The notes beneath the pieces are model-generated. The model was not told the DNA's origin, made no database searches, and saw nothing but the letters and a program-made list of their open reading frames with translations. Both the position numbers and the translations under genes were made by a program. Shown here piece by piece: positions 6,822 to 16,320 of a DNA stretch of 44,400 bases; within the stretch, counting starts at the first letter, position 1, and every line of letters starts with the position of its first letter. Where the stretch lies: the IMG/VR virus record IMGVR_UViG_3300037502_000804, positions 1 through 44,400 of that record. One strand, written 5' to 3'. Origin of the DNA: a virus.

Positions 6822-7669
6822 TGGAAAATTGTAAAATTCGTGTAAATAATGAATCTGAGAGCAAAGAGGCTCAGGAGTTGTTTTTTGAGTTGGGTTGTAG
6901 CTGGTATGGTTGCGGGAAATACTATAACCGCATTGGGAGCTATACGTTTATTACAGCCTACCCTGATGAAATGTTATTAAGAATGGGGTGGGGTGGAGAT
7001 ACTGATAAAGAAATCACTCTCCCTCAACTCCGCGACCTTGTTGTGTTAAAGCGTAATGATGTGAAGGATGCGACTCATACTTGTGAGAACGGCTTCAAAT
7101 ATATTTTCATTAATTATCGTTGGTACTTGATGACTACAGATGGCTGGTTTCAAGTATCTGTTAATACCAAAGCACTTAAACCAATCCTGACAGTACAAGA
7201 TGTATTAAACGATTTGGATGAACTCCGTGAAGAGTACAAGGACTATCGCAAAGACCCAGCCTTGATTCGCGGTGCGGATGCAGAACTTGTTGCGCAAGCT
7301 AAGAAGTTCATCACATCAGACCATTTAAATCGCTTTGAAGCAGCGGAGGCGCATTTAGAAGGTCATCCTGTGCAGTTTATGTTGGCTAACGGTGATTTCA
7401 TCGATATTACATCAGATACCACTTTGGGAATCTTTGAAAAGGATGGCGGCTATTCATTTCGCCTCAAACCACAAACCATCAAGCTTGAACTTGAGCTGCC
7501 GAAGCCTTTTGAGCCGAAAGATGGGGAGAAATATTGGATTATTAGTGATGATTATGAAAATGGATATACATCATCAACATATCCACGTGTAACTATTGGA
7601 GCATGGCGCACCGAAGAAGAGATTAAGCAAGTCGTAGAGCAGCTAAGAAAAATCAAAGGTGCTGTATGA
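6821..7669 (+). CDS. Hypothetical protein (282 aa)
   Basis: ORF with start trimmed to ATG 6821. Confidence 0.6.
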   Translation: MENCKIRVNNESESKEAQELFFELGCSWYGCGKYYNRIGSYTFITAYPDEMLLRMGWGGDTDKEITLPQLRDLVVLKRNDVKDATHTCENGFKYIFINYRWYLMTTDGWFQVSVNTKALKPILTVQDVLNDLDELREEYKDYRKDPALIRGADAELVAQAKKFITSDHLNRFEAAEAHLEGHPVQFMLANGDFIDITSDTTLGIFEKDGGYSFRLKPQTIKLELELPKPFEPKDGEKYWIISDDYENGYTSSTYPRVTIGAWRTEEEIKQVVEQLRKIKGAV

Positions 7670-8241
7670 AAAAGCGAAAGAAAAAATACAACGGGAAGCA
7701 AGTTGTAAAGCAGAAGGTTCACAAGTTTCAAATGACTTGGGAAGTTAATGAGGCTAAAAATATTATCGAGCTTCATCACTTGCTTAATGGTGTGGATCCG
7801 CAAGAGTCTACTCATACACCGCTTAAAGTTTGGATGAAGGCGCATAAGGGTGATTTGGCTTTAGCATTAAAGACGCAGACGATACCGGCAGAGCAAAGTT
7901 TTCATATCGTTAGTCGTATTCATGCGGTTAATGAGAAAACAGGCGAAACGGTTGATTGTGAGTTTCAATTGGCAACTGATACCGTTATGCATTTATGGCA
8001 GTTCTTGGGTGATGTTGAATCTGATATTTATGTCAATGATGGTGGTTTTAAGAAGAAATGGCTTGGCTTTAATCATGAGCTTGAAGCTTATTTAAAGGAA
8101 GTTGGTAACGGTGAATTTGTGGTTAAGACTAATCACTGTTGTTTAACATGCTTTTCAACATTCAAAAGCTTTAGGCATGAAATGGAATTTAAATCAATTA
8201 AGTTAATGAATCCTGAATTTGGATTAGGAGTTGAAGGATGA
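7666..8241 (+). CDS. Hypothetical protein
   Basis: ORF with an ATGA overlap. Confidence 0.6.
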   Translation: MKKRKKKYNGKQVVKQKVHKFQMTWEVNEAKNIIELHHLLNGVDPQESTHTPLKVWMKAHKGDLALALKTQTIPAEQSFHIVSRIHAVNEKTGETVDCEFQLATDTVMHLWQFLGDVESDIYVNDGGFKKKWLGFNHELEAYLKEVGNGEFVVKTNHCCLTCFSTFKSFRHEMEFKSIKLMNPEFGLGVEG

Positions 8242-8402
8242 GTTTAAAGAAATTACGCGACAAGATTAACGGGTCTGAGCCTTTAGTTGATGGTGAAACG
8301 AAAGAAATGCTAATAGAGCAATGGAAAGAGATTCACATTGAGCTAGAAGCTAAGAAGAGTGAGGACGAAAGAAACTATGTTTTATGTGAGGATCAGAAAT
8401 GA
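8238..8402 (+). CDS. Small hypothetical protein (54 aa), not in ORF track
   Basis: ATGA overlaps at both ends. Confidence 0.5.
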   Translation: MSLKKLRDKINGSEPLVDGETKEMLIEQWKEIHIELEAKKSEDERNYVLCEDQK

Positions 8403-8938
8403 AAGAATATTTAGTTAAAGATCCTGAAACGGGAAAATATTGGAATACATTCGATAAGAATGAGCGAAATATTGTTTGCGAGATTCCAGAAGGGGCAACT
8501 TTTGCTACTGGTAAAGATCAATTTGATCTTGTGTTTAGAAAAGATAATTACTACTGGAGAGTTGAAAATGGTTGTGATCCATATTGGATGAATACAACTG
8601 TAACGATTGACAATATTAATCGCCACTCTGGCATTGATTTGGCTTGGGTTAGACAAGAAGTTTTTATTGATGAATCCGAAATTGTTAGTGAAGAAATGAA
8701 ATCATTAAACAGTGAAAAGCACTCTCATTATTTCAAAGATGTATCTAATTTGCTTGAGCTTGATGTTTATCGCGTATTGAAGTTATTTGATGTTACAGAT
8801 CCATGCATTCAACATGCGGTCAAGAAATTGCTTTGCGCTGGTGGACGTGGGGTTAAAGATGTGGATAAGGATGTTCATGAGGCAATTGATTCTTTATTGA
8901 GATACGAGGAAATGAGAAAGGAAGATGAAAATGAATAA
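8399..8938 (+). CDS. Hypothetical protein with DUF3310-like C-terminal region
   Basis: HSHYFKD...IQHAVKKLLCAGGRGVKDVDKDVHEAIDSLLRY resembles the DUF3310 pattern as recalled. Confidence 0.4.
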   Translation: MKEYLVKDPETGKYWNTFDKNERNIVCEIPEGATFATGKDQFDLVFRKDNYYWRVENGCDPYWMNTTVTIDNINRHSGIDLAWVRQEVFIDESEIVSEEMKSLNSEKHSHYFKDVSNLLELDVYRVLKLFDVTDPCIQHAVKKLLCAGGRGVKDVDKDVHEAIDSLLRYEEMRKEDENE

Positions 8939-9311
8939 ATTAGAATTGGCGCATGATTATGCGAAGATAATTTTAAGAAACTCAGTTGAGCGTGGATACA
9001 ATCTTGGCACTAGAACAGGCATAGAGAATATTGTTGATGTGGCGTTTGATTTATCAGAAGCAATGCTTTCAGAAAACGAAAAGCGGAAAGATAAGAGTCG
9101 GCCTGAAGTTTTGGAAGAGTGGCAACCTGATTGGAGTCAAGCGCCTAATGAATCAAATTATTGGGCTATGGATGGGGATGGTAGTTGTAATTGGTACAAA
9201 TATGAACCTGAAATATCTGGATATCATTGGGGTTTTGGGAGGGTGACATATAGTGCCCCTGATTTTGACTATCAAGGAGAGTGGATGGATTCATTGAGAA
9301 AACGTCCATGA
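8925..9311 (+). CDS. Hypothetical protein, C-terminal domain paralogous to 40521-40733
   Basis: Shared pattern DWS.aP.E.NyWA.D.dG ... YQG.W..SL..RP. Confidence 0.55.
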   Translation: MKMNKLELAHDYAKIILRNSVERGYNLGTRTGIENIVDVAFDLSEAMLSENEKRKDKSRPEVLEEWQPDWSQAPNESNYWAMDGDGSCNWYKYEPEISGYHWGFGRVTYSAPDFDYQGEWMDSLRKRP

Positions 9312-9670
9312 AGTTAATCCTTGATGTTGAGGTTCCACTAGTTGCTCCATCAGTAAATACCTACTGGCGGGCAAATGGAAATAGGAGATTTATCACGCCA
9401 AAAGGGATTAAGTTCACAAAAGATTTGGCACATTGGGTAAAGCCATTGATGAGTGACAAGCGGCTTAGATTGGATATTGTTTTTTGCTATCCAGATAAGC
9501 GTAAGCGCGATTGCGATAATTCACTTAAATCTGTTGTCGATAGCCTTGTTAAGAATGGATTGTGTCATGATGATGAACAATTTGATGAGTTGCATATCAA
9601 GCGTGGTCCAGTCATCAAAGGTGGTTTAATTAAAATAAAAGTTTTTGAGCTGGATGTTGCAATTAACTGA
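9308..9670 (+). CDS. rusA: RusA-family Holliday junction resolvase
   Basis: NTYWRANG...DCDNSLKSVVDSL...DDEQ acidic catalytic pattern. Start trimmed to ATG 9308 (ATGA overlap). Confidence 0.75.
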   Translation: MKLILDVEVPLVAPSVNTYWRANGNRRFITPKGIKFTKDLAHWVKPLMSDKRLRLDIVFCYPDKRKRDCDNSLKSVVDSLVKNGLCHDDEQFDELHIKRGPVIKGGLIKIKVFELDVAIN

Positions 9671-9707
9671 AAATTTGCTATAGTTAGCGAACTGAAAAAC
9701 TTTTCAT

Positions 9708-9741
9708 ATCCGTATCTAACCCCAAGATGCGGATTTTTTTT
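9708..9741 (+). terminator. Rho-independent terminator
   Basis: 10-bp stem atccgtatct/agatgcggat followed by tttttttt. Confidence 0.75.
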
Positions 9742-9752
9742 GCATAAAATTC

Positions 9753-9781
9753 TTGCATTAATTATAAATATAATTTACTAT
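9753..9781 (+). promoter_or_regulatory. Sigma70-like promoter TTGCAT-17 nt-TACTAT
   Basis: The -10 is embedded in motif site 3. Confidence 0.6.
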
Positions 9782-9788
9782 TGAGAAT
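9774..9788 (+). promoter_or_regulatory. 15-bp motif TTTACTATTGAGAAT, site 3
   Basis: Exact match. Confidence 0.7.
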
Positions 9789-9806
9789 ATAAAGAGGAGA
9801 GATAAA

Positions 9807-10046
9807 ATGATTCTAGTTAAAGCTTTATGGTTGGCAATTGTTGATGTGGCTAAGTTATTTAAACATGCGCCTAAATTGTTGGTTGAATTGTTTTGGGCTT
9901 TAGCTGGTGTTTTATCTCTAATCTTGAGCGTGGTTTTGTTTCCATTAATTGTGGTGCGTAAATACAAGGTATTGAAAAATGGATCACCAAAAAGAGTTAA
10001 GGGTAAATCTAAGGGTATTAAAGTACGCAGCAACAGATTTGCTTAG
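9807..10046 (+). CDS. Membrane protein with basic C-terminal tail
   Basis: GAGGAGA SD. Contains a hydrophobic helix and a KRVKGKSKGIKVRSNRF tail. Confidence 0.6.
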   Translation: MILVKALWLAIVDVAKLFKHAPKLLVELFWALAGVLSLILSVVLFPLIVVRKYKVLKNGSPKRVKGKSKGIKVRSNRFA

Positions 10047-10110
10047 AGGGTCAGTGTTGATTGTATATCACGCTGTAATGATCGTATTTAATTGGTTAAG
10101 GGGTAGGTAA

Positions 10111-10455
10111 ATGATGGATTTTGTAAAGGCGATTGAAAAAGGTATAAAGGCTGCCGAGGATAAAGAAGCCAATATGCAAGAAATTCGAGAAATTATTACT
10201 CAGGCAAATAAGGAAATATTTGAATTTTGTGGAATGATAAACGGATTTATTGAGTTAAAGGACGGTAAATTTATCTGCAATGATGTTATTCATAGCATTT
10301 CACACAATAGAAATTGTGGCTATCCATTAATTTTAACAACTTTTTCAAAGACATATGAAGTTGCAAATGCTGAAGAGTTTGTTGATTGTATTAAGTCAAT
10401 TTTGTCTTCTTCTGCATACGGAACAAAAATTAGGAGATTTAAAGGTGATCTATAA
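10111..10455 (+). CDS. Hypothetical protein
   Basis: ORF with a GGGGTAGG SD-like sequence. Confidence 0.6.
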   Translation: MMDFVKAIEKGIKAAEDKEANMQEIREIITQANKEIFEFCGMINGFIELKDGKFICNDVIHSISHNRNCGYPLILTTFSKTYEVANAEEFVDCIKSILSSSAYGTKIRRFKGDL

Positions 10456-10567
10456 ATTTTTAAAGCGCCTATTCTGCCGACATGAGTGGGAAATAGAAGA
10501 AAGTAATTTAACTGGCGATACTTATAAAGTTTGCCGTAAATGCTGGAAGGAGGTGGATTGTGAGTAA
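10445..10567 (+). CDS. Mini zinc-ribbon-like protein (40 aa, GTG start)
   Basis: AGGAGA sits 7 nt before GTG 10445. CRHEW...CRKCW motif. The track ORF 10355-10567 overlaps the upstream gene, so it was trimmed. Confidence 0.45.
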   Translation: MIYKFLKRLFCRHEWEIEESNLTGDTYKVCRKCWKEVDCE

Positions 10568-10772
10568 GTTTAATTCTATCAAAGTGCGGTTAAAGCTCTC
10601 TATCGGCTTTGCGGTTGGTAATCATGAATTAGATGTGTTGCTAAGTGAATACATCTCAGAGGAAGAATGGAATGCGTTAGGTTTTTTTGAAAAGCAAAGA
10701 TTTGTTGAAGAGGAGATCTTAAATGAATGGGCTAATGGATACATTGAAAAAAGCGCTGAGGTGTTGGAGTGA
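10560..10772 (+). CDS. Hypothetical acidic protein
   Basis: GGAGG SD before GTG 10560. Confidence 0.6.
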   Translation: MSKFNSIKVRLKLSIGFAVGNHELDVLLSEYISEEEWNALGFFEKQRFVEEEILNEWANGYIEKSAEVLE

Positions 10773-10987
10773 GTGAATTTAATGCAATTTATCGAAAAGT
10801 TTGCTTGGGTGAGAGATTTGATATAAGCGCATATAAGCAATGCGAGAAAATTTACAATCACCAACAGCAAAAGATTGATGATATTACGGGTCACATCAAG
10901 ACGTTAAAGGCTCTGCATAAAGAAGGAAATTTAACAATGGGCGATGTGATGATGTTTTTAAAAGGTGTAGAAGGGGTTTTGGAATGA
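10769..10987 (+). CDS. Hypothetical protein
   Basis: ORF with an overlapping start. Confidence 0.55.
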   Translation: MSEFNAIYRKVCLGERFDISAYKQCEKIYNHQQQKIDDITGHIKTLKALHKEGNLTMGDVMMFLKGVEGVLE

Positions 10988-11379
10988 TAGATTTGAATAA
11001 GTTAAGAAGTGAGTTTGAGGAACTTCCAGAGGTTAAGCAATGGATTGATAGATTAATCTACGGTGATAATTCTGAAGTTTATATATCGGTAGATGAAACA
11101 GAAGAAAATAATGCCATTGCTACATGGATTAATGGCGCATGGTTTGTTTGGAAACAAAAAGCCAAAGCTCAGGCGGTGCCAGAGAAAAAGATTTACTTAA
11201 CCTGTGAGCAATTATATGCAGCAGCAAACTTTGGTGCACCAAACAAGGATCCAGAACTTTTAGAAACTGAATTAACAATTGCTTGGTTTGATGAAGCTCA
11301 TAGTGGTAGTGGTTACTATGTTTATATAAGTGAGTATCCAGAAGAAGGCGCAATGAAGCTGGAAAGCAAGGATGGGTGA
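10984..11379 (+). CDS. Hypothetical protein
   Basis: ORF with an ATGA overlap. Confidence 0.6.
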   Translation: MIDLNKLRSEFEELPEVKQWIDRLIYGDNSEVYISVDETEENNAIATWINGAWFVWKQKAKAQAVPEKKIYLTCEQLYAAANFGAPNKDPELLETELTIAWFDEAHSGSGYYVYISEYPEEGAMKLESKDG

Positions 11380-11581
11380 GATGGAAAAAATATCCATAGA
11401 TCAAGAAATTGACGAAGCTATAGCCAATGGTGAAAGCTTTTATAAAATTAGAAGACATTTTGAAAAAGCTATTTTGGAAAGGGTTTTGATTAAGACGAGA
11501 GGAAATCAAACTGAGGCGGCTAAAATGCTTGGGATTAGTCGCACGGGGTTGGGTGGGATTTTGAAGAGGGTGAGTAGATGA
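11372..11581 (+). CDS. Fis-type HTH DNA-binding protein (candidate transcription regulator)
   Basis: FEKAILERVLIKTRGNQTEAAKMLGISRTGLGGILKR matches the Fis/NtrC C-terminal HTH pattern. Confidence 0.65.
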   Translation: MGEMEKISIDQEIDEAIANGESFYKIRRHFEKAILERVLIKTRGNQTEAAKMLGISRTGLGGILKRVSR

Positions 11582-11715
11582 TTATTTTTTTATGCATCTT
11601 ATTATTTGCTGTTATCGCAGGGTGGAAGTCAGATAGTTGGCATGGCTCACTATTGATGGGGTTTATAATTTTAGCTTTGTTGTTATCAATATTGCGGGTT
11701 GGAGGTTGGATATGA
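11578..11715 (+). CDS. Small two-TM membrane protein (45 aa), not in ORF track
   Basis: ATGA overlaps at both ends. Strongly hydrophobic. Confidence 0.45.
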   Translation: MIIFLCILLFAVIAGWKSDSWHGSLLMGFIILALLLSILRVGGWI

Positions 11716-11858
11716 CCATTGAAGAAATCATAAATCCAAACGATGATACAATTGTGTGTTGGTCTTGTGATGCAGACGTATTGATTAAAGAACTGAGTGC
11801 CAATGATGGGTTTTGTCCGTTTTGTGATCAGGAGATTGACCTAAGTGAATATTTATGA
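11712..11858 (+). CDS. Zinc-ribbon mini-protein (CWSC...CPFC)
   Basis: GGAGG sits 6 nt before ATG 11712. The track start 11637 overlaps the membrane ORF. Confidence 0.5.
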   Translation: MTIEEIINPNDDTIVCWSCDADVLIKELSANDGFCPFCDQEIDLSEYL

Positions 11859-12030
11859 AATCAGAGCTAATGCTCCGAAAGGGGCTACTCATTATAAGTT
11901 ATGGAAGTGGGGAGATGTTGATTATATTAGGATGCATACAGAGAATATATATGACTCTTGGCATGATAAAAAATGGGTTCCTTTGCCATATGCTTACTTC
12001 TCTTATCCATTATCAATTAAACCGCTATGA
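11845..12030 (+). CDS. NAPxGATHY...IKPL family small protein, paralog 1
   Basis: MNIYEIRANAPKGATHY...SIKPL. Confidence 0.6.
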   Translation: MNIYEIRANAPKGATHYKLWKWGDVDYIRMHTENIYDSWHDKKWVPLPYAYFSYPLSIKPL

Positions 12031-12039
12031 GGGTTGATT

Positions 12040-12204
12040 ATGAATATAGATGAGATTAGAAAAAATAGACCAGAGGGCGCAACGCATTATAGAGAATTTA
12101 CCGAACAGTATTTAATGAATACTCAAGGTAAGTGGTATATATTTAGGGAGGGTTATTGGGAATTAACCAAAAGACCATTTACGCATGAACTTAAACCGCT
12201 TTAA
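12040..12204 (+). CDS. NAPxGATHY...LKPL family small protein, paralog 2 (54 aa, not in ORF track)
   Basis: MNIDEIRKNRPEGATHY...HELKPL. GAGGG SD. The stop lies inside the terminator stem. Confidence 0.55.
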   Translation: MNIDEIRKNRPEGATHYREFTEQYLMNTQGKWYIFREGYWELTKRPFTHELKPL

Positions 12205-12220
12205 CGCGGTTTTTCTTTTT
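12194..12220 (+). terminator. Rho-independent terminator ending the early/middle region
   Basis: aaccgc-tttaac-gcggtt stem-loop plus tttttcttttt. Confidence 0.7.
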
Positions 12221-12221
12221 G

Positions 12222-12230
12222 TGGTATTAT
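12222..12230 (+). promoter_or_regulatory. Extended -10 promoter TGgTATTAT (no clear -35) for the packaging operon
   Basis: Read from the sequence, 28 nt upstream of ATG 12258. Confidence 0.45.
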
Positions 12231-12257
12231 TTTGGGAGGCTAAAGAGAGGTTAGGCT

Positions 12258-12695
12258 ATGAGTAATGAAGTGGGTAGACCTACTAAGTATAAAGAGGAAT
12301 ACAACGAACAAGCTTATAAGTTGTGCTTGCTTGGGCATACTGATGAGGAATTAGCTCAGTTCTTCGAAATTGCTACATCTACTTTATATGAATGGAAGTT
12401 AAACCATCCTGAATTTGCGGAGTCCATAAAAAAAGGTAAAGAGATTGCAGACGGGAATGTTGTTGCTTCGCTGTATCATCGCGCTATCGGCTATCAAGCG
12501 CCCGACATTGATATTAAGATGTATGAAGGCGAGATTATAGAGACACCTTATATAAAACATTATCCACCAGATGCAACAAGTGCAATCTTCTGGCTTAAGA
12601 ATCGTCAACCTAAAAAATGGCGTGATAAGCAAGTTACAGAACATGAAGGTCAAATTACTATTGAAACTAAGTCGATGGAAGATATCTTTAAGTAA
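12258..12695 (+). CDS. terS: Terminase small subunit
   Basis: [42 protein letters not shown] is an HTH-type TerS N-terminus. It precedes TerL. Confidence 0.8.
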   Translation: MSNEVGRPTKYKEEYNEQAYKLCLLGHTDEELAQFFEIATSTLYEWKLNHPEFAESIKKGKEIADGNVVASLYHRAIGYQAPDIDIKMYEGEIIETPYIKHYPPDATSAIFWLKNRQPKKWRDKQVTEHEGQITIETKSMEDIFK

Positions 12696-14068
12696 TGGCT
12701 AATCCATACTTTAAGCCTTTGATTGGACCTGAAAAATACAAGATATGCTACGGTGGACGTGGCTCAGGTAAATCAATGGTTGTTGCTGAAATACTTGTTG
12801 AGGTGGCACGGCGCGCTAAGACCGTGATCTTGTGCGCTCGTGAGTTTCAAGGCTCAATTGAAGATTCTGTACACAAATTGTTAGCTGAAACAATTGAAAG
12901 GCTTGGCTATTTAAAAGAGTTTGAGATTCAAAATAAAACTATTACGCACTTGGGGACAGGTGCAACTTTTGTATTTTATGGAATTAAGAACAATCCAACA
13001 AAGATTAAGTCTATTCAAGGTGTTGGTGTTGCATGGATTGAAGAAGCTGAAGCAGTAACAAAAAGATCGTGGGATATTTTAATCCCGTCTATTCGTGGCG
13101 ATAAAAACGCAAAGATTTTTATTACATTTAACCCCGCCAACATTCTTGATGATACCTATCAAAGATTTATTGTTAACCCACCTAAAAACTCATTGGTTTT
13201 GAAGGCTAACTACAACAACAATATTTACTTTGATGAGTCACCGTTGCGCGAAGAGATGGAAGAATGCAAAGAAAAAGACTATGAGCTTTATTTGCATATA
13301 TGGGAAGGCGAACCAGTTGCAGATAGTGAGCATGCATTCATTAAGCCGATGTGGATTACTGCCGCATTAAACGCGCACGAGAAGCTAGGTTTTACTGCTA
13401 GTGGTAAGAAGTTTGGCGGGCTGGATGTTGCAGATGAAGGCGAGGACGCAAACGCATTTGCTAGACGACATGGATCTGTTTTGTATGCCATTGATGAATG
13501 GAAACAAGGTGATGTTATATTTACGGCAGATAAGGCACACACTATTGGTCTGGAAGAAAATTTAGACCAGATTACTTATGATTCTATTGGTGTGGGTGCT
13601 GGTGTTAAAGCGCGGTTCAACAGAAAGAAAAGTAAAATACGTGTTGGTGGGTTTAATGCTGGTGGTAAAGTAGCTAAACCAGAGTCACAAATTTATTTAG
13701 GCAAGAAAAATATTGATATGTTTGCCAATGCAAAGGCTCAGGAATGGTGGGCACTGCGTACACGTTTTTATAATACTTGGCGAGCTATTGAGCATGGCGA
13801 TAAGTTTAAGGAAGATGAGTTAATTTCTATTTTAGTTGGCAAAGGCGGTATGACTCAAACTGAATTTGATTATCTTCGCGCAGAATTATCTCGCCCTAGA
13901 ATCGATTATGACAATAACGGCAAGGTGATGGTAGAATCTAAGCAGAAAATGAAGAAGCGTGGCATCCCATCTCCGAACAAGGCGGATTCGGTTGTTTTAT
14001 GCTTTGCACAGCCTAATACTGGTTTAAATATTAACATCGCCGATATTGAATCGGCTTTCGGAAGGTAA
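12695..14068 (+). CDS. terL: Terminase large subunit
   Basis: Walker A GGRGSGKS, a C-terminal nuclease region, and its position before the portal gene. Confidence 0.85.
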   Translation: MANPYFKPLIGPEKYKICYGGRGSGKSMVVAEILVEVARRAKTVILCAREFQGSIEDSVHKLLAETIERLGYLKEFEIQNKTITHLGTGATFVFYGIKNNPTKIKSIQGVGVAWIEEAEAVTKRSWDILIPSIRGDKNAKIFITFNPANILDDTYQRFIVNPPKNSLVLKANYNNNIYFDESPLREEMEECKEKDYELYLHIWEGEPVADSEHAFIKPMWITAALNAHEKLGFTASGKKFGGLDVADEGEDANAFARRHGSVLYAIDEWKQGDVIFTADKAHTIGLEENLDQITYDSIGVGAGVKARFNRKKSKIRVGGFNAGGKVAKPESQIYLGKKNIDMFANAKAQEWWALRTRFYNTWRAIEHGDKFKEDELISILVGKGGMTQTEFDYLRAELSRPRIDYDNNGKVMVESKQKMKKRGIPSPNKADSVVLCFAQPNTGLNINIADIESAFGR

Positions 14069-14070
14069 AT

Positions 14071-15507
14071 ATGTTTGATTGGTTCAAAAATAAAGAAGAA
14101 GCGCCAAAGCGAAAGCCGAAATGGAACGCTTTGTTAAATGCTATGCAAGCGCATAATGAAGGCGTGGCGATTCAGTACAAAGCGCCTTCTCTGCCTGACG
14201 GTGTTGCGCCAGATGGTCACAGTGCTATGGCAATGGATGGATTTTGCACAGCTTCGCAATATGCAGGATTAGAGCCACAGTTTTATAGCAACTTTTTGGG
14301 CTATCAAGTATTAGCTCAATTGGCTCAGTCTACCGAATATCGCCTAGTTGCTGAAACATTTGCTCAAGAAATGACGCGCGAGTGGGGTGAAGTTAAAGGT
14401 GATGACCAGGAGCGTGTTGATATTCTCATGGAGGAGTTTAATAGGCTAGATATTCGCAATCTCATCCGCAAGCACATAGAAAACGATTATTACTATGGTG
14501 GTTCTCAGCTATATATCCAGATTGAAGGTCAAGAGGATAAAACCGACTTACCTTTATTGATTAATGAGAAAGGCATCAAGAAAGGTTCATTAAAAGGCTT
14601 TACAGTCATTGAGCCGCTTTGGTCTACTCCTAGTTTTTATAATGCAAATAACGCGCTAGAGCCTGACTTCTTTAAGCCAAAACAATGGTGGGTGTTAGGC
14701 AATAATGTGCATCATAGCCGACTATTGACTCTGGTTATGCGTCCAGTTCCTGATATGTTGAAGCCAGCTTATAACTTCTATGGGATTTCAATGTCGCAAT
14801 TGATGTTGCCATATGTTCAGCGCCACCAATCTATTGTAGATGCAGTGGCTAAATTAATCACTATGTTTAGCTTGACTGGTATTAAGACTGATATGTCTGC
14901 AATCTTGAATGGTGATGAAGGTGGCGCAAATCAGTTAATGATGAGATTAAAAGCATTAGCGCTTGGTCGAGATAATCAAGGTGTTCTTGCTATTGATAAG
15001 GGTCAAGATGGTGAGGAAATCTTCCAGATCAATACGCCATTATCTGGTCTTGATACATTGCTTGATAAGTTTACACAGATGCTTGCCTACCCTTCTAAGA
15101 TTCCAGTATTAAAGATATTTGGAACTCCAACAGCTGGACTTGGTAATACTTCTGATGGTGAGATACGGGTATTTTACGATTGTGTTTCAGCACAGCAAGA
15201 AGCGTATATTTTGCCGCAGATCAAGGTTATCCTTGACTGTATGCAATTAAGCTTATTCGGAAATATTGATGAAAGCATTAAGTTTGTCTTTAACCCGCTT
15301 TATCAATTGGATGATAATGAGCAAGCAGACGTAAACTTGAAGAAAGCGCAAACGGCTCAGATTTACATTCAAGAGGGCGTGATTGATAATGAGGAAGCAC
15401 GTCAAGCTTTGAATGATGATGAAGACAGTGGGTATCAATTAGAGGGTAATGCGCCTGAGCGTGATCCTTATGTTGAAAACGAAAATATCGATATTGATGA
15501 AAAATAG
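14071..15507 (+). CDS. Portal protein (DUF1073-type)
   Basis: Size, position after TerL, and an acidic C-terminus. Confidence 0.75.
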   Translation: MFDWFKNKEEAPKRKPKWNALLNAMQAHNEGVAIQYKAPSLPDGVAPDGHSAMAMDGFCTASQYAGLEPQFYSNFLGYQVLAQLAQSTEYRLVAETFAQEMTREWGEVKGDDQERVDILMEEFNRLDIRNLIRKHIENDYYYGGSQLYIQIEGQEDKTDLPLLINEKGIKKGSLKGFTVIEPLWSTPSFYNANNALEPDFFKPKQWWVLGNNVHHSRLLTLVMRPVPDMLKPAYNFYGISMSQLMLPYVQRHQSIVDAVAKLITMFSLTGIKTDMSAILNGDEGGANQLMMRLKALALGRDNQGVLAIDKGQDGEEIFQINTPLSGLDTLLDKFTQMLAYPSKIPVLKIFGTPTAGLGNTSDGEIRVFYDCVSAQQEAYILPQIKVILDCMQLSLFGNIDESIKFVFNPLYQLDDNEQADVNLKKAQTAQIYIQEGVIDNEEARQALNDDEDSGYQLEGNAPERDPYVENENIDIDEK

Positions 15508-15509
15508 AT

Positions 15510-16280
15510 ATGGAAATAACCCTTGAGTCAATAGCGCCTAATGCATCCCTGACCAAATGGTACAGGGAGCAAATGCAAGGAATGATGGATGAGATGCGTT
15601 CTGATTTAATTCAGGACGTAGTTAAGCCTATGCGGTCTGAAATTGCTATGGATGGTATTTTAGACTGGATGGGGCATGTAATTGATGGCTTGGTTAGTCG
15701 TTGGCAAGATCGTTTAGATAAACTATCGACTCAAGTGGCGCAAGAGTTAGTGGGCAAAGCTAAAACCAACTACGACAAACGATTGTTAGGTGTTCTTCGC
15801 AAGCGTGGATTCACTGTAAACTTTCGACCAACGAAATACATGGAAGATCAAGCGCAAATTGCTTTAGGTGAAAACGTTGCTCTAATCAAGTCAATCGGTA
15901 ATGAGTATTTAGATAAAGTTCGTTCTGCTGTTTGGCGTAGTGTGAAGAATGGCTATGATGTTGAATCATTAGTCAAGCAACTCAAAGAGATTGACGGCGT
16001 AACAGATCGTAGGGCAAAGAATATTGCAAAGGACCAGACGGCTAAGTTGAATCAGGCTTTTGAGAATGCTAGGGCTGAGGAACTGGGCATTAAAGAAGCT
16101 ATTTGGTTGCATTCCAGCGCATCAAAGTCACCTAGACATGACCATGTTAAAGCGCACGGCACAAGGTTTGAGATAGAAAAAGGCTGCTATATTTCGGGAC
16201 AGTACATCCAGCCCGCATTTTTGCCGTTTTGCAAATGTAGGAAATATCTAATAATTGATATTCCTGATTCTATGGTATAA
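15510..16280 (+). CDS. Head morphogenesis protein (SPP1 gp7 / Mu F-like)
   Basis: Position after the portal gene. The region with DRRAKNIAKDQTAKLN is typical of the family. Confidence 0.65.
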   Translation: MEITLESIAPNASLTKWYREQMQGMMDEMRSDLIQDVVKPMRSEIAMDGILDWMGHVIDGLVSRWQDRLDKLSTQVAQELVGKAKTNYDKRLLGVLRKRGFTVNFRPTKYMEDQAQIALGENVALIKSIGNEYLDKVRSAVWRSVKNGYDVESLVKQLKEIDGVTDRRAKNIAKDQTAKLNQAFENARAEELGIKEAIWLHSSASKSPRHDHVKAHGTRFEIEKGCYISGQYIQPAFLPFCKCRKYLIIDIPDSMV

Positions 16281-16281
16281 T
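16273..16281 (+). promoter_or_regulatory. Extended -10 promoter TGgTATAAT (with TTGATA 15 nt upstream) for the second Rha gene
   Basis: Overlaps the stop of the head morphogenesis gene. It is followed by the palindrome GCCAATAGTGGC (16288-16299), which carries the CAATAGT motif core. Confidence 0.5.
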
Positions 16282-16320
16282 TAAATTGCCAATAGTGGCA
16301 CAACTTTGAGAGTTAAAATT